A stretch of DNA of 64,000 bases from an uncultured bacterium (GTDB lineage: Bacteria; Krumholzibacteriota; Krumholzibacteriia; Krumholzibacteriales; Krumholzibacteriaceae): NCBI GenBank assembly GCA_963813815.1, contig CAWFAD010000012.1:147590-211589 (forward strand). The letters run 5' to 3'. Below are positions 36,597 to 47,656 of the stretch, piece after piece. Position numbers and translations under genes: made by a program. The notes beneath the pieces were generated by a model. It was not told the DNA's origin, did no database searches, and saw only the letters and a program-made list of their open reading frames with translations. Within the stretch, counting starts at the first letter, position 1. Each line of letters begins with the position of its first letter.

Positions 36597-36631
36597 CGTG
36601 CCTCCTTTTTCAGCGCCCCCGCCGTGAAACG

Positions 36632-38905
36632 TCACGGGGCGAGAATCTGCCATTCTCTGAATATCGTGTTCATGATCGAATCGACCTGCGCGCGGTTGAA
36701 ATACCAGAGCTCGAACCCCAAATGGAAGCTCGGCGCAGCGACCTCGATACCGGTTTCGGCGTCGGGCACGACGTCCGCGTACTTCGTCACGAACACCGAG
36801 ATCGCCGTCTTGTCGAGGACCGAAAGGGTGCTCTTCGAGCGCATCCGGAAGATCGGATGGAAGCAGGGCTGGTTCCTCGTGTAGTTCTGGTCCATCCAGT
36901 ACTTCGGATCGTAGATTTCGGCGAGCGTGAAGCCGCCCGGACGGCTGTCCGTGAGCGGGGGGTTCAGGTAGAAGTACGATGTCGGCAACGTAACATTTGA
37001 CCACAGGTAGAGCCGCTCCGGAAAACCGGGAATGCTGTCGTGCCATGCATCCGTCGTACGATAGCCGTTGGCCATGCAATCGAAGTTCTTGACCTTTCTC
37101 GGCGGCATGCCCTCATCGGTGCGGATCGTGCCGAGGATCTTGTCCAGCATCGAGATGCAATAGTCCTTGAACGGGAACGAGTTCACGCCGCTCGTATCCC
37201 CCTCGCATCCGGTTCTGTTCCCGGTGATCTCGCATTTGAGGCTCATGGGATAGCTCTGGGCGAGCGTCGGGAGACACGCGGCGAGCCCGCCGGTGCGCTC
37301 CGAGTTGCCCTCGGTGAGGAGATGCCCTCCCTTTGCGAGAAAGAGCGAGAGATAGTTCACCGTCAGCTTGGCTCCCGCGGTCACCTGGCTTTCGGGCGTG
37401 AAGAGAATCACGTTGTCCCAGCATCCGTTGTCGAGCGCCGACGAGTAGGTCCAAATGATGTTCTTGTAGCGTCCGATGTACGAGATGAGCGGAGGCCGAG
37501 CGTTGTTGACGTAGTAAACGTCGTATACGTCCCGTGCTTGGTCGAATCCGGCCGTTCTCTTGCAGTACGTGAGCCAGAAATCGTCGTGTTCCTTCTCGTT
37601 CGGCAGCATGTAGTTGACCTGCACGAAATCAGAAGACGGGAAGTCGTCGACCCAGAGCAGATTGCGATCCATGGTGAAGGGCACGATGTTGATCTCGATC
37701 TGTCCGAGCGTCTCGGTCCCCGCGTTGTCGATGACCCGCACGAAGAGCGTGTGCACTCCCGAGTACCAGGTAGCCGTGCAGGCACGGATAAACGGGGAGC
37801 ATTCGGAATCCCAGTCGCTCGGATTGTTCACGTCGGAGACGTCCCACCCGTACTGGTAGCAGACGATTTCGCCGCCGTAGCTTTCGGCGGTGGCCTCCCA
37901 GCGGAAGTTGAGCGTGACGCCCGGAGGTATGTCGCGCTTCTCGGCATTCAGGTTCGTGCCGAGGAACTGAAAGGTTCCGAGAAACGGCTCGGAGATGTTG
38001 AGCGTCGGGCCGGCCTGCTCCGACACGATGAACTGCCGCACGTTGGATTCGCGGTCGAAAATGCTCGTGACCGCTCCCGCCTCGTCCTTCGCCTGAACGG
38101 CGAAGATATGCGAGCGGTTCAACTCGAGAACCTCGTCGTCGCCGAGAATCGTGAGGCGCCCCGAATCCCCCTCCGCTCGATACCAAATCCACGATTGCCA
38201 TTTGTCTTCGTAGCGTTCGGGGTGGTCGTTGAGGTCGGCGACGATGTCGAAGGTCGCGTCGTATACGCCGAGGGGATTGATGAGGAGACTGTACAGGTAC
38301 CGGATGGAATCGGGATCCTGCGTGTTGTCGGGCGAATCGATCGGGTCGCGGCCCGTCCATCCGAAAGTGATGATGCGGCTAAGAACCTGGACGGAGGTGG
38401 TCGATGGAGGCCGGGGACGATCGATCGTAACGAACGGAGCGAGCGTCCACGCGGTGAACGAGCGGTACACGGGCACCGAGCGCTTTCCCTGCAAGTCGAC
38501 GGCGCGCAGGAAGAAGGTGTGCGTCTTGTCGTACCGCGTATAGAGCGTGGTGCCGATGATCACGTTCCGGGAGGTGTCGTCGGCCGAAACCCTGAAGACG
38601 CTGTCGTGAGCGACGGTTTGCATCCACTTGTCGAGACCCGTCGTATCCTCTTGATTGAACCCGATCGGATCGCCCGCGGCCACGACGAACTCGTACGCCG
38701 TCACCTCGCCGTCGGGATCCCAACCGCCCCAGTAGAAATGCACCTGATATCCCGTCGTGTCCCCTTCCACGGGGCCGCTCGAAAGCCAGACTTCGGGCGG
38801 CAGGTTCTGGCCCCGTTCCCCGATGAGGGTGTTCTCGCACCCGAGCCCCACGGCGAGCGCGGCGAGCGCCGCGAGGACGCCGATACGCAGCAACGACGGT
38901 TTCAT
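36632..38905 (-). CDS. Large lipoprotein of unknown function (paralogous N-terminus with 38964-40922)
   Basis: MKPSLLRIGVLAALAALAVGLGCEN carries a lipobox. Shared motif YQVHFYWGGWDPDGEVTAYEF. No family recognised. Confidence 0.75.
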   Translation of the reverse strand: MKPSLLRIGVLAALAALAVGLGCENTLIGERGQNLPPEVWLSSGPVEGDTTGYQVHFYWGGWDPDGEVTAYEFVVAAGDPIGFNQEDTTGLDKWMQTVAHDSVFRVSADDTSRNVIIGTTLYTRYDKTHTFFLRAVDLQGKRSVPVYRSFTAWTLAPFVTIDRPRPPSTTSVQVLSRIITFGWTGRDPIDSPDNTQDPDSIRYLYSLLINPLGVYDATFDIVADLNDHPERYEDKWQSWIWYRAEGDSGRLTILGDDEVLELNRSHIFAVQAKDEAGAVTSIFDRESNVRQFIVSEQAGPTLNISEPFLGTFQFLGTNLNAEKRDIPPGVTLNFRWEATAESYGGEIVCYQYGWDVSDVNNPSDWDSECSPFIRACTATWYSGVHTLFVRVIDNAGTETLGQIEINIVPFTMDRNLLWVDDFPSSDFVQVNYMLPNEKEHDDFWLTYCKRTAGFDQARDVYDVYYVNNARPPLISYIGRYKNIIWTYSSALDNGCWDNVILFTPESQVTAGAKLTVNYLSLFLAKGGHLLTEGNSERTGGLAACLPTLAQSYPMSLKCEITGNRTGCEGDTSGVNSFPFKDYCISMLDKILGTIRTDEGMPPRKVKNFDCMANGYRTTDAWHDSIPGFPERLYLWSNVTLPTSYFYLNPPLTDSRPGGFTLAEIYDPKYWMDQNYTRNQPCFHPIFRMRSKSTLSVLDKTAISVFVTKYADVVPDAETGIEVAAPSFHLGFELWYFNRAQVDSIMNTIFREWQILAP

Positions 38906-38963
38906 GTTTCCCCGGACCTCCTCATCCCATCTTGCGGCTGGGATATCGAAACGCTTCAACAAG

Positions 38964-40922
38964 CTACCTCACGAGCTTCAGATACACGGTGCCGTTGCGG
39001 CCGACACGCCTCGCGTAGTTCGCGAAAAAGTAATCCGTCGTGATCCAGTTATCCGCCGGAATTACGACGCCGAGGCTATCGAACGTCGGGCTTTTTCCCC
39101 GAATGCCCTCGCTGAACATCTCCGTATCCTTGACGTCGGATCCGGTCACGTTGATGTACTGAGTCCCGAAAAAGGCGGGCGGATTCGCCACCACCGAATC
39201 GGTCTGCGCAAAAAGCTCCTCCGGCGTATCCACGTAGGGGACCGTTATGCTGAACGACACCTCCTGCGTGCACGTATTGAGCGGCTTGTCGAACTGCCAT
39301 TCCCCCTCGCGGTAAAACGCGAGATCCTGATCCGGATCGGTCACGTAGTAACGCCACGCCTTGATGCCGGAGCCGATCCGATCCCGTTTGTCGTCATGCC
39401 CGCCGACCACGATGTGCCACTTGTAGTATTTCGTGATCGAAACGCCAAGGACGGTCTTGAGGTCGTACGGGCATACGAGATCGCCCAGCGAGCCGCGGAG
39501 CGGCGCGAGCCAGCTGAACCGGATCGTATCGTTATCCGAGTAGTGGAAGAGGGTCGTCGTCCTTTGGTCGAAAAAGCCCGTTATCATGCTGTCGATCGAT
39601 GGAACGAAGTTCCCGCTGAACGTCACCACGGCCGGCGTTCCGTCGGGCCGGCTCTGCTCGTCGTACGATCGCGCCAGGAACCGGTATTCGAACGAGCCCA
39701 CCCGCATCGTCGTCGAATCGACGTCGCGGTTGATGTCCTCGACGTCCGCGTTGGGGTTGGTGTCCTCGGGGGTCTTGAGCGGATACCACGGCGACAGCTT
39801 GTCCGCGGTCGGCAGTCCGCTCTCGGAGATCGACCAGCGGTTGTACTGAAACTGGAACCGGATGGGCAGCGGGGGATTCTCGTACTGCAGGTCGTCCTTG
39901 GGATCGTCCCATCCGCGGTACCGCATGCGAAGGCGCGCGTTGTACGGAAGGGTGTCCGGAATGCCGTCGCTGAAATCGACCGACAGGCTCTCCGGAAGAC
40001 CGGTCGAGGCCGGCCAGTAAAAGCAATCGCCGCGCAGAATCTCGGTGTCCGGATCGTGGTTGACGACGACGCGGCAGACCCCCTCGCCGGTGATGATGTC
40101 GGATCTGGAAAGCGCGCCGGCCTCGTCACGGGCAATGACCTTGAAGTTGAACGCTCCGCTCGGCAGAACCTCGGCGCCGGTGTTGGGGAGCACGACCGAT
40201 ACGACCTCGTCCTGCCTCTCCGGTATGAGCCAATCGACGGTGCCGTCGCCGTCGTAGTCCGGATACACGACGCCGCCGTAGCTCCAGCGATACCCCGTGA
40301 TGACGTTGTTCACGGTCGTCCCGAGGAACTTGACCGTAAAGGGAGCGAACATGCTGATGGTATCGAGCGCGCTCGGATCGTAGGGCACGTCTCCGGCGCC
40401 GAAATTCAGCCAGAACTGAACCTTCGGAATCCCCCGGACGCGGGCGAAGAACTGAATCCGGGCCGGGCTGGGGTCGATGCGTCCGCCGTCGTCGATCGAC
40501 GCCACATGAAAGGCCTGCCGGTTGATCATGGCGAGCTTGACGTCGTCGAATCCCTTGAAAATGATCACGGTGTCGGTCTTCGTGGTGAACCGTCCGCGCA
40601 GGTAGTCGGCGATGCGCTGCTCCGGATTCCAGTCGCGCAGCTCCGTGTCGGGATTGCCTTCGGGATCGAGGGTGAGCAGGGTGTCGGATATGTACCAGAT
40701 GTAGCGCTTGACCGTTCCGTCATTGTCCGTCCCGTGCCAGAACATGTGGACGCGATAGTCCGTCGCGGTCGTCTCGGTCGGCGAGTTCGTGAGATACGTC
40801 CCTGGCGCCTGATTGCGGTCGAGCGGTTCCGGCTCGCGCCGGCACGCGGGAAGGAGCATGAGGAGAACGAGCGCGGCCGCGAGCGCGGCCTCAACTGCGA
40901 ACAATGCCTTCATCCGTCCCAT
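38964..40922 (-). CDS. Large lipoprotein of unknown function
   Basis: MGRMKALFAVEAALAAALVLLMLLPAC carries a lipobox. Shared motif YRVHMFWHGTDNDGTVKRYIW. A promoter lies directly upstream. Confidence 0.75.
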   Translation of the reverse strand: MGRMKALFAVEAALAAALVLLMLLPACRREPEPLDRNQAPGTYLTNSPTETTATDYRVHMFWHGTDNDGTVKRYIWYISDTLLTLDPEGNPDTELRDWNPEQRIADYLRGRFTTKTDTVIIFKGFDDVKLAMINRQAFHVASIDDGGRIDPSPARIQFFARVRGIPKVQFWLNFGAGDVPYDPSALDTISMFAPFTVKFLGTTVNNVITGYRWSYGGVVYPDYDGDGTVDWLIPERQDEVVSVVLPNTGAEVLPSGAFNFKVIARDEAGALSRSDIITGEGVCRVVVNHDPDTEILRGDCFYWPASTGLPESLSVDFSDGIPDTLPYNARLRMRYRGWDDPKDDLQYENPPLPIRFQFQYNRWSISESGLPTADKLSPWYPLKTPEDTNPNADVEDINRDVDSTTMRVGSFEYRFLARSYDEQSRPDGTPAVVTFSGNFVPSIDSMITGFFDQRTTTLFHYSDNDTIRFSWLAPLRGSLGDLVCPYDLKTVLGVSITKYYKWHIVVGGHDDKRDRIGSGIKAWRYYVTDPDQDLAFYREGEWQFDKPLNTCTQEVSFSITVPYVDTPEELFAQTDSVVANPPAFFGTQYINVTGSDVKDTEMFSEGIRGKSPTFDSLGVVIPADNWITTDYFFANYARRVGRNGTVYLKLVR

Positions 40923-40979
40923 AGTTCCCTTCTTTATGTCTTGTAAATCGCGCGCAACCAACATCCCAACGCTATATGT

Positions 40980-41007
40980 AATATAGGATTTAATACCGCC
41001 CTGTCAA
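40980..41007 (-). promoter_or_regulatory. Near-consensus sigma-70-type promoter (TTGACA-N16-TATATT)
   Basis: Minus-strand reading gives agTTTGACAgggcggtattaaatccTATATTaca, ~60 nt upstream of ATG 40922 and just downstream of a terminator. Confidence 0.55.
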
Positions 41008-41066
41008 ACTGATTTTCACGGGGGGCGAGGGGGGCCGAAAGGCGTTCCGCGGCGGGGTTCGGAGGC

Positions 41067-41100
41067 AAAAAAAGGAGCCGGGAGCTGAGCTCCCGGCTCC
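41067..41100 (-). terminator. Rho-independent terminator after the 41137-44234 gene
   Basis: Perfect 12-bp stem GGAGCCGGGAGC/GCTCCCGGCTCC (41074-41100) with a 3-nt loop, followed on the minus strand by T7. Confidence 0.85.
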
Positions 41101-41136
41101 TGCCAGGTCAATCAGTGAGACCCGGTCGACGCCATG

Positions 41137-44100
41137 CTACCGCAGCATGACCATCTTCTTGGTCTGGCTGAAGTCCTTGGTCTCCATCTTGTAGAAGTAG
41201 ATGCCGCTCGCAACAGCGCCGCCACGGTCGTTCATGCCGTCCCAGGCGATGTTGTAGGAGCCCGCATCCTTCACGCCGTCAACGAGCGTGCGCACGAGCT
41301 GCCCGGCGACGTTGTAGATCTTCAACGTCACAAAGCCCTTCTCCCGCATGTCGATCCGGATGGTCGTCGACGGGTTGAAGGGGTTCGGGAAGTTCTGCGC
41401 GAGCGCGTAGGCCGACGGAGTCTCGTTGCCCGAAATCACGAGGTTCGTCTCGTTCTGCATCCAGACGAGCACGTCGTTCGCGATTTCGAACTTGTCCATC
41501 GGCACCGTGTTGACGTCGTCACGAACGTACGAGAAGCTGAACCCGAACCACATGGTGCGGACCGGGAACCCGCTCGTGTTCGTGGTCGCCTTCGAGATGG
41601 CGGCGTAGAAGTTCGTTCCGAGGTACGACGGATACGTCAGGGCGTACTTTCCGCCGGCCGTCTTCTCGAGGCAGTCGAACTGGTTGATGACGAAGCAACC
41701 GCCGAAGGCGTACAGCTTGTCGGGCACGCCGCTGTGAACGAAGATGCCCGAGTCCGGTGTTGCCCGTGAGAAGCGGCGTCACGACGCCGCCGCTCAACCG
41801 GCCGCCCGTCTCTTCGAAGTAGCTCGTCGCGACGTAGTCGACGCCGCACCAGGAGCTCATGAGGAGAAGCGCGGAGCCGCCGGCCGCGCCGTCGAGGTCA
41901 AAGGCGATGTCGTCGCCGCAGACCCAGAGGCCGCACTGGTGCTCCGAGAGGCTCATCCAGTCGACGAGCATCTGGCAGTCGTTCGCCTTGTCGCTGTGGG
42001 CCGTGCCCTCGCTGATCGTCACGGACTCGAGATCGCCGCAATCCCACACGATCGTCTCGTACGTGCTTCTCAGCTGATAGTTCTTCGCACGGCTTCCCGG
42101 ACCGTTCGAAACGCCCGAGCTCGGGGCGTTCACGTCGTAGATGTCGATCTTGGCGTCCGGCAGAGCGAGCACGGCGTCGAACACCGGCAGCCAGTACTGC
42201 TCGACCGAGCCGAGGAACGATCCACGACCGGTGAAGTCGTCCACGAAGAGCACGTCGGTGTTGAGCGTCGGGAAACAGGTCCACTCGAAGTACGGCGGGC
42301 CCGAGCGCGAGTAGCGCGGGTAGCGCCGACGTGACGTTCTTCGCATCCACGGCCGTGAAGTAGAAATCAATCTTGTAGCCGCGGGTGAAGAGCTCGTCGT
42401 TGAGGTCGACCATGAACTTGCCTTCGACGAGGCCAGCGCCCGTCCGGGCCGAGTCGCACTGGATCTTCGTCCAGACGCCGCTCGTGCTCACGTAGTTGAA
42501 GTTCACGAACGTCTCCGGATCGTCGTCGATGAGAACCGATCCGGCGAGCGACGCACCGGTGAGATTCGGCTTCGTCGGCGCGGGGCCGATGTAGGTCGCC
42601 TTCACGTTGATGTACACGGCTGCGCCGCCGAAGGTGTTGTCCTCTTTGAGCCCGTTCGCGAGAAGCGACGTGCAATCGACCACGAGCGAGTCGCCCGGAT
42701 GAATGACCGGGTTGTCGCCCGCGAAGATGTCGTTCGCCGCGTCGCAGCGGACGTAGCTCTCGATGTTGTACTCAGCCTCGGGGAAGTTGTCCTGGAAGAA
42801 ATCCAGGTCGCGGTATCCCCACTGCGGACCGGCGGTCCGGTACCGGTACAGACGCACGTTGTCGATCCAGGGCGACGGAGTGTGCGCCGCGCAGTTGCCG
42901 TACGTGTTGTACCAGGCGTCGCACATGTCCGAGCAACCGATTCTGAGCTGCACCGGATCGTTGCTGCCGATGAACTTGCTCACGTCGGCGCCCGTATAGA
43001 TGTAATCCATGTCGGGGCCGTAGTAAACGAAGTTATCGTCCGCCCACTGGCCGGGGCACCCGTCGATGATCGACCGGACGGACCACGTGTAGAACACGAG
43101 GTTCGAGAGCGGCAGATCGCGGTACGAGGTGAACCGGAGAATGGCTCCGCCGAGCGCGTTCAGATCGGTCGAAGTGATAGTGCCATCCTGAACGTTGTTG
43201 CACGCCGTCGAGTACATCGTCATGTTGATGACCGGCGATACGATGCCCTCATCCTGGCACGGAGCGCTGGTGCCGCCGGGGCCCGTGCAGAACGGGGTAT
43301 CGAAGAGACCCGGATAGCTCGTGCTGATCTCGCCGGAGCCGACGAAGAACACAACCTGCGTGGCGAAGTTGTCGCCGCACGGATCCTTGTCGGACAGGTT
43401 GTTGTAGAGGCCGGCGAAGCTGCCGTACGGAGTCTCCGGACGCGCGTGCCAGATCCCCGCGTCGGTCGCGTTGACGGCCGCGGCCTCGAAGTTTTCGTAC
43501 AGGTTGAGGGACGCGGCGTCCTGAATGCGCAGCGCGTCGACGATGGACGCGCCGTTCGTGTTCCACAGGCCGTCCTGATCGCTCCAGGCGCCGTCGGCCG
43601 TAAAGTGGAAGCGAAGCTTCGTCCGAGCCTGCGTCGTGTACACGAACACGGTCCCCGTCGTGTCACCGAGGTCGTCGAACTCCGCGAGCTCCACCCAGTT
43701 GCCGCCGCCGCCGTCGTATTCGATCCGCGTGTAATCGTATCCAGGCTCCGAATCCCATCTCAGCATGTACGAGAAGGTGATCGTGCCCTGGAATGCGAAC
43801 GGATCGCTCGTCAGCATCTGGTTCCAGTAGTTGCCGTAGCCAGGCGCGTACTCCCACGAACAGAGGTACGGATCAACGAGATTCTCGCGGCAACCGCACC
43901 ACATCGACTTCAAGCCCTCGAGCGGAAGCCAGTCGGTGCCGAGGCCGGCGAAATCGTCCACGTGGAAGAACGTATCAACCTGAGCCGTGTTATCGAGCTT
44001 GGTCCAGCCCTGCCAGCTATTCGTCTCGAACGTGTACCAGACCATGCAGTACGTATCCACGGCGGCGGACTCGTAGAGACCGCGCAGACCAGGATCGACC

Positions 44101-44234
44101 GACTCGAGCGACTCTTCGCTCGACCAGTCTCTCATGGGACGCTTGCCAGGATTCGTTACTTCGCGGGCTGCGACCGAGCCGATGAGCAGGGCAACAAAGC
44201 AGACGCCTAGTAAGAGTACTAGTGCCTTTCTCAT
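41137..44234 (-). pseudogene. ~1,030-aa secreted protein with C-terminal Por_Secre_tail sorting domain, interrupted by two frameshifts
   Basis: Three overlapping track ORFs (41898-44309, 41519-42370, 41137-41727) join into one protein. It begins MRKALVLLLGVCFVALLIGSVAA (ATG 44234) and ends QNFPNPFNPSTTIRI..LKIYNVAGQLV..WDGMNDRGGAVASGIYFYKME. Frame changes lie at ~42325-42330 and ~41745-41748. Confidence 0.75.
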
Positions 44235-44517
44235 TATTGTTTTCCCCCCATCGTTAAGAAAACAACGATGTGTATCTACCGCACAACGAATTGAAGGATC
44301 TCCAAGCAAAGTGCCAAACCCCCTTTATATCGAATCATGTTGTATTTCATCACCTCCTTCCACGATCCGATGGCAAGCAGGGCTTCTTCCGTCAGAGTTC
44401 CGAAACTTAGTGTCGAGTAAGCCTGGTTCTCCAAACGGCGGTGGGGGTTGTAACCCCGCTACATAAAGGAGGCAGACCCTCTCGGGTATTCCTCCACTCT
44501 GCTTGCGAGACAGGGAG

Positions 44518-44547
44518 AGTGTAGCACGGATTTTGGACCGGTGTCAA
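44518..44547 (-). promoter_or_regulatory. Candidate sigma-70-type promoter (TTGACA-N18-TACACT) for the 41137-44234 gene
   Basis: Minus-strand reading gives ctcTTGACAccggtccaaaatccgtgcTACACTctc. It would give a ~275-nt leader. Confidence 0.5.
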
Positions 44548-44603
44548 GAGCAACTTCGGAGCGAACCGAGAGTGAAATAAAGATTTTTGACGCCGAGGGG
44601 AGG

Positions 44604-46763
44604 CTATTCCCCGGCAATCGACGAGAAGTCGACGAAGAGCATGAACACCATATAACAGCTTAGCAGAAAAGCGATTCTGTTATTCCTCAATTTTTCGTCC
44701 TCGCAATTAACGAGAACGTCGTTGAAGTAATTATTAATGAAAGGCGCAAGCGATTTCAGAATATCCAAAGAGAGCTCCACCGCTCCAGAACGCCGGGCCT
44801 CCCGCAGCAGGGCGCAGGCAAGGCAGATTTCTTCGTAGAGCTTTCTCTCCGCTTCGGCCGCGAAGAGAGAGGAAGAAAAGGCGAGATCCTGCTCGCGCCG
44901 CTCGGCGAGCCCGTCGAGCGCCTTGAGGCCGAGCTCCCGCGTGTAGCCCGAGCGCTTCTGTTTCGGAATGATATTGGCGACGCGCTTCATGGCGAGAACG
45001 AAGGAAGAGAGGTTCCCCTCCGCCCGCATCCGCTGCAGGTCCCTCGCCATCGCCGCGACCGCTCCGGGAAACTCCCACGGAGCGGCGAGAACGGCCGCGA
45101 CGAGATCGTGGTCGTTCCCCTCTCCGCGGAGCGTGGTGTGGAGCCGCTGCGAGTAGAGCTCCCGGATCGCCGAGGCGAGATCATTCCGGCTCCGCTTCGA
45201 AAGCGAAGCGGACTCCCCGAAGAGATCGAGGCTCGTGTTCACGGCATCCGCGATCGAGAACCTCGCCCCCGTCTCGAGAGCGATCCGCATGACGCCGAGG
45301 GCCTGCCGCCGAAGCCCGTAGGGGTCCTGCGAACCGGTGGGCTCGAACCCGGCGATGAAGCAACCCGTGATCGTGTCGATCTTGTCGGCGAGCGCGACGA
45401 GCGTGGCCACGGGGCCGCGGGGAAGGCGGTCTCCCGCGAAACGCGGGAGGTAGTGCTCGAAAACCGCGTCGGCCACGTCCTCGCTTTCACCCGAGGCTCG
45501 GGCGTATTCGCGCCCGATATATCCCTGGAGCGCGGTGAATTCCTTTCCGTCCTTCACCATCTCGCTCGCGAGATCGGCCTTCGCGAGCGAGGCCGCGCGG
45601 GCGACGTGCGCCTCGATCCGCTCCCCTTCCACCCCCCACATCTCCCGGATGGACAGCGCGAGCGCTCCGACGCGCCGCGACTTGTCGGCGAGGCTTCCGA
45701 GACCCTCGAGCCACACGATCCCCGCGAGCTTCCCGGCCATGCTCTCGAACGGCTTCGCCGTGTCTTCCTCGTAGTAGAACACGGCGTCATCGAGGCGGGC
45801 CCGCAAAACGCGCTCGTACCCCCGCACGATTCCCGCGGCGTTCCTGCGCACGCCGTCGGCGAAAGCGACGAAGGACGGCAGCAGGGCTCCGTCGTCTCCG
45901 GCGATCGAGAAGTAGCGTTGGTGGCTCTTGAGCGCGGTGACGATCACCTCGCGGGGGAGTTTGAGAAACGAGGGATCGTACGATCCGGCGAGCGCGACGG
46001 GGCGCTCGAGCAGATTCGCGACGATCGACACGAGCTCGTCGTCCTCGACGAGGCGCCCCCCGGCCCGGGCGGCGAGGCGCTCGGCCCCGGTCCGGACGAT
46101 CGCTCTCCGTTCGGCGGGGTCGAGGATGACGCCGTTGCGCTTCATGAGCGAGAAGTACCGCGCCGGCGACTCCACCGGCGTCGACGCCCTGAAGAGCGGC
46201 GAGAGCCTCGTGCGGCGGCCCGCCGCGAGGCCCGCGGCCCGCACCCGCAGGATGTCCGGTCCGTAGAGGCAGAGAATCCAGCGAATCGGCCTCGCGAAGA
46301 CGGTTCCGACCGCCCCCCAGCGCATGATCTTGGGGCTCCGCAGCGAGGCGATCCACGCCGGCGCGATCTCCCGCAGGACCGCCGCGGACGGCCGTCCCTC
46401 GACGCGCTTCACGGCGGCGAGGTATTCGCCGCGCTCCGTCTCGACGCGCGAGAGGCTCTCGGGCGCCATTCCCTGCGACTTCGCGAATCCCTTCGCCGCC
46501 GCGGTGTAGCTTCCGTCGGGGGCGATCGCGGCCTTCACCGGAGGGCCGACGACCTTGCTTTCGAGAGTCGCCTGCCGCTCGGCGACGCCCCGCAGATGCA
46601 CGACGAGACGCTTCGGCGTGCCGAGCACGGCGACGCCGTCGCGCTCGATACGACTCGCGTCGAGCGAGGAGCCGACCGCCGCGCCGAGCTGCGAGAGGAG
46701 GTCGTCGAGATACCCGCTCGGGAGGTTCTCGCATCCGATCTCGAGGAGAAAATCCCGTTTCAC
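44604..46763 (-). CDS. glyS: Glycine--tRNA ligase beta subunit
   Basis: [15 protein letters not shown]-terminus, ~719 aa, immediately after glyQ. GTG 46763 is preceded by AAGGAG and overlaps the glyQ stop (GTGA). The longer 999-aa track ORF is an out-of-frame extension across glyQ. Confidence 0.9.
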   Translation of the reverse strand: MKRDFLLEIGCENLPSGYLDDLLSQLGAAVGSSLDASRIERDGVAVLGTPKRLVVHLRGVAERQATLESKVVGPPVKAAIAPDGSYTAAAKGFAKSQGMAPESLSRVETERGEYLAAVKRVEGRPSAAVLREIAPAWIASLRSPKIMRWGAVGTVFARPIRWILCLYGPDILRVRAAGLAAGRRTRLSPLFRASTPVESPARYFSLMKRNGVILDPAERRAIVRTGAERLAARAGGRLVEDDELVSIVANLLERPVALAGSYDPSFLKLPREVIVTALKSHQRYFSIAGDDGALLPSFVAFADGVRRNAAGIVRGYERVLRARLDDAVFYYEEDTAKPFESMAGKLAGIVWLEGLGSLADKSRRVGALALSIREMWGVEGERIEAHVARAASLAKADLASEMVKDGKEFTALQGYIGREYARASGESEDVADAVFEHYLPRFAGDRLPRGPVATLVALADKIDTITGCFIAGFEPTGSQDPYGLRRQALGVMRIALETGARFSIADAVNTSLDLFGESASLSKRSRNDLASAIRELYSQRLHTTLRGEGNDHDLVAAVLAAPWEFPGAVAAMARDLQRMRAEGNLSSFVLAMKRVANIIPKQKRSGYTRELGLKALDGLAERREQDLAFSSSLFAAEAERKLYEEICLACALLREARRSGAVELSLDILKSLAPFINNYFNDVLVNCEDEKLRNNRIAFLLSCYMVFMLFVDFSSIAGE

Positions 46764-47656
46764 TTCCGCTCCTTTGCGGGGGAGTTCGCGCGCGCCATGA
46801 GTGGAAAACCGAGCAGCTCGCGCCCGGCGACGTACGCGCCGGCCGTCTGCCGCGCGAGATCGCGGATACGGGCGATGTAGCTCGTCCGCTCCGATACGCT
46901 CACCGCGCCCCGCGCGTCGAGGACGTTGAAGAGATGCGAGCACTTGACGACGCAATCGTACGCGGGGAGGATGAGTCCCTCCCCGAGAAGCCTGATCGTT
47001 TCGCGCTGGAACCGGTCGAACATGTCGAAGTAGAACGACGTGTCCGCCGCCTCGAAGTTGAACCGGCTCCATTGACGCTCCGCCTCGCGGCCGAGGTCTC
47101 CCCACGTCACGCCGCCCCCCCACTCGACCTCCATGATGTCGTCGACCCCTTGCAGGTACATGCAGATCCGCTCGAGACCGTACGTGATCTCCGCCGAGAT
47201 CGGATCGAGCTCCATGCCTCCCGCCTGCTGGAAATAGGTGAACTGCGTGATCTCCATCCCGTCGAGCCAGACCTCCCAACCGAGCCCCGCGGCCCCGAGC
47301 GTCGGGGACTCCCAGTCGTCCTCGACGAGACGGATGTCGTGCGAGCGCGGATCGATGCCGAGCGCGGAGAGCGAGCCGGCATAGAGGGGAAGGATATCGG
47401 CGGGGGAGGGTTTCATGATCACCTGAAACTGGGTGAACTGCTGGACGCGGTTCGGGTTCTCGCCGTAACGGCCGTCCTTCGGACGCTTGGAAGGCTCGAT
47501 GTACGCCGCCTTCCAGGGTTCGGGGCCGAGAACGCGGAGAAAGGTCGACGGATTCATCGTTCCGGCTCCGACCTCCGAGTTGTACGGCGTGAGAATGAGG
47601 CATCCCCGCGCGGCCCAGAACCGCTCGAGCGAGGCCACCACCTGCTGAAAGGTCAC
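46760..47656 (-). CDS. glyQ: Glycine--tRNA ligase alpha subunit
   Basis: Strong identity to the GlyQ core: [70 protein letters not shown] 47656 overlaps the recO stop. Confidence 0.92.
   Translation of the reverse strand: MTFQQVVASLERFWAARGCLILTPYNSEVGAGTMNPSTFLRVLGPEPWKAAYIEPSKRPKDGRYGENPNRVQQFTQFQVIMKPSPADILPLYAGSLSALGIDPRSHDIRLVEDDWESPTLGAAGLGWEVWLDGMEITQFTYFQQAGGMELDPISAEITYGLERICMYLQGVDDIMEVEWGGGVTWGDLGREAERQWSRFNFEAADTSFYFDMFDRFQRETIRLLGEGLILPAYDCVVKCSHLFNVLDARGAVSVSERTSYIARIRDLARQTAGAYVAGRELLGFPLMARANSPAKERK

Noticed and set aside
44276-44350. 24-codon sORF in the 44.3-kb leader, considered as a stand-alone gene
   Set aside because: Only 2 nt separate GGAGG from the ATG, and there is no recognisable peptide family and no conservation evidence. 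I kept it only as a note within the leader finding.
44440-44520. Full c-di-GMP-I (GEMM-I) riboswitch call
   Set aside because: Only the 3' half resembles the remembered consensus. The 5' GGCAAAC hairpin is absent, and that region coincides with the promoter-like element. I report it as a lead to test, not as a feature.
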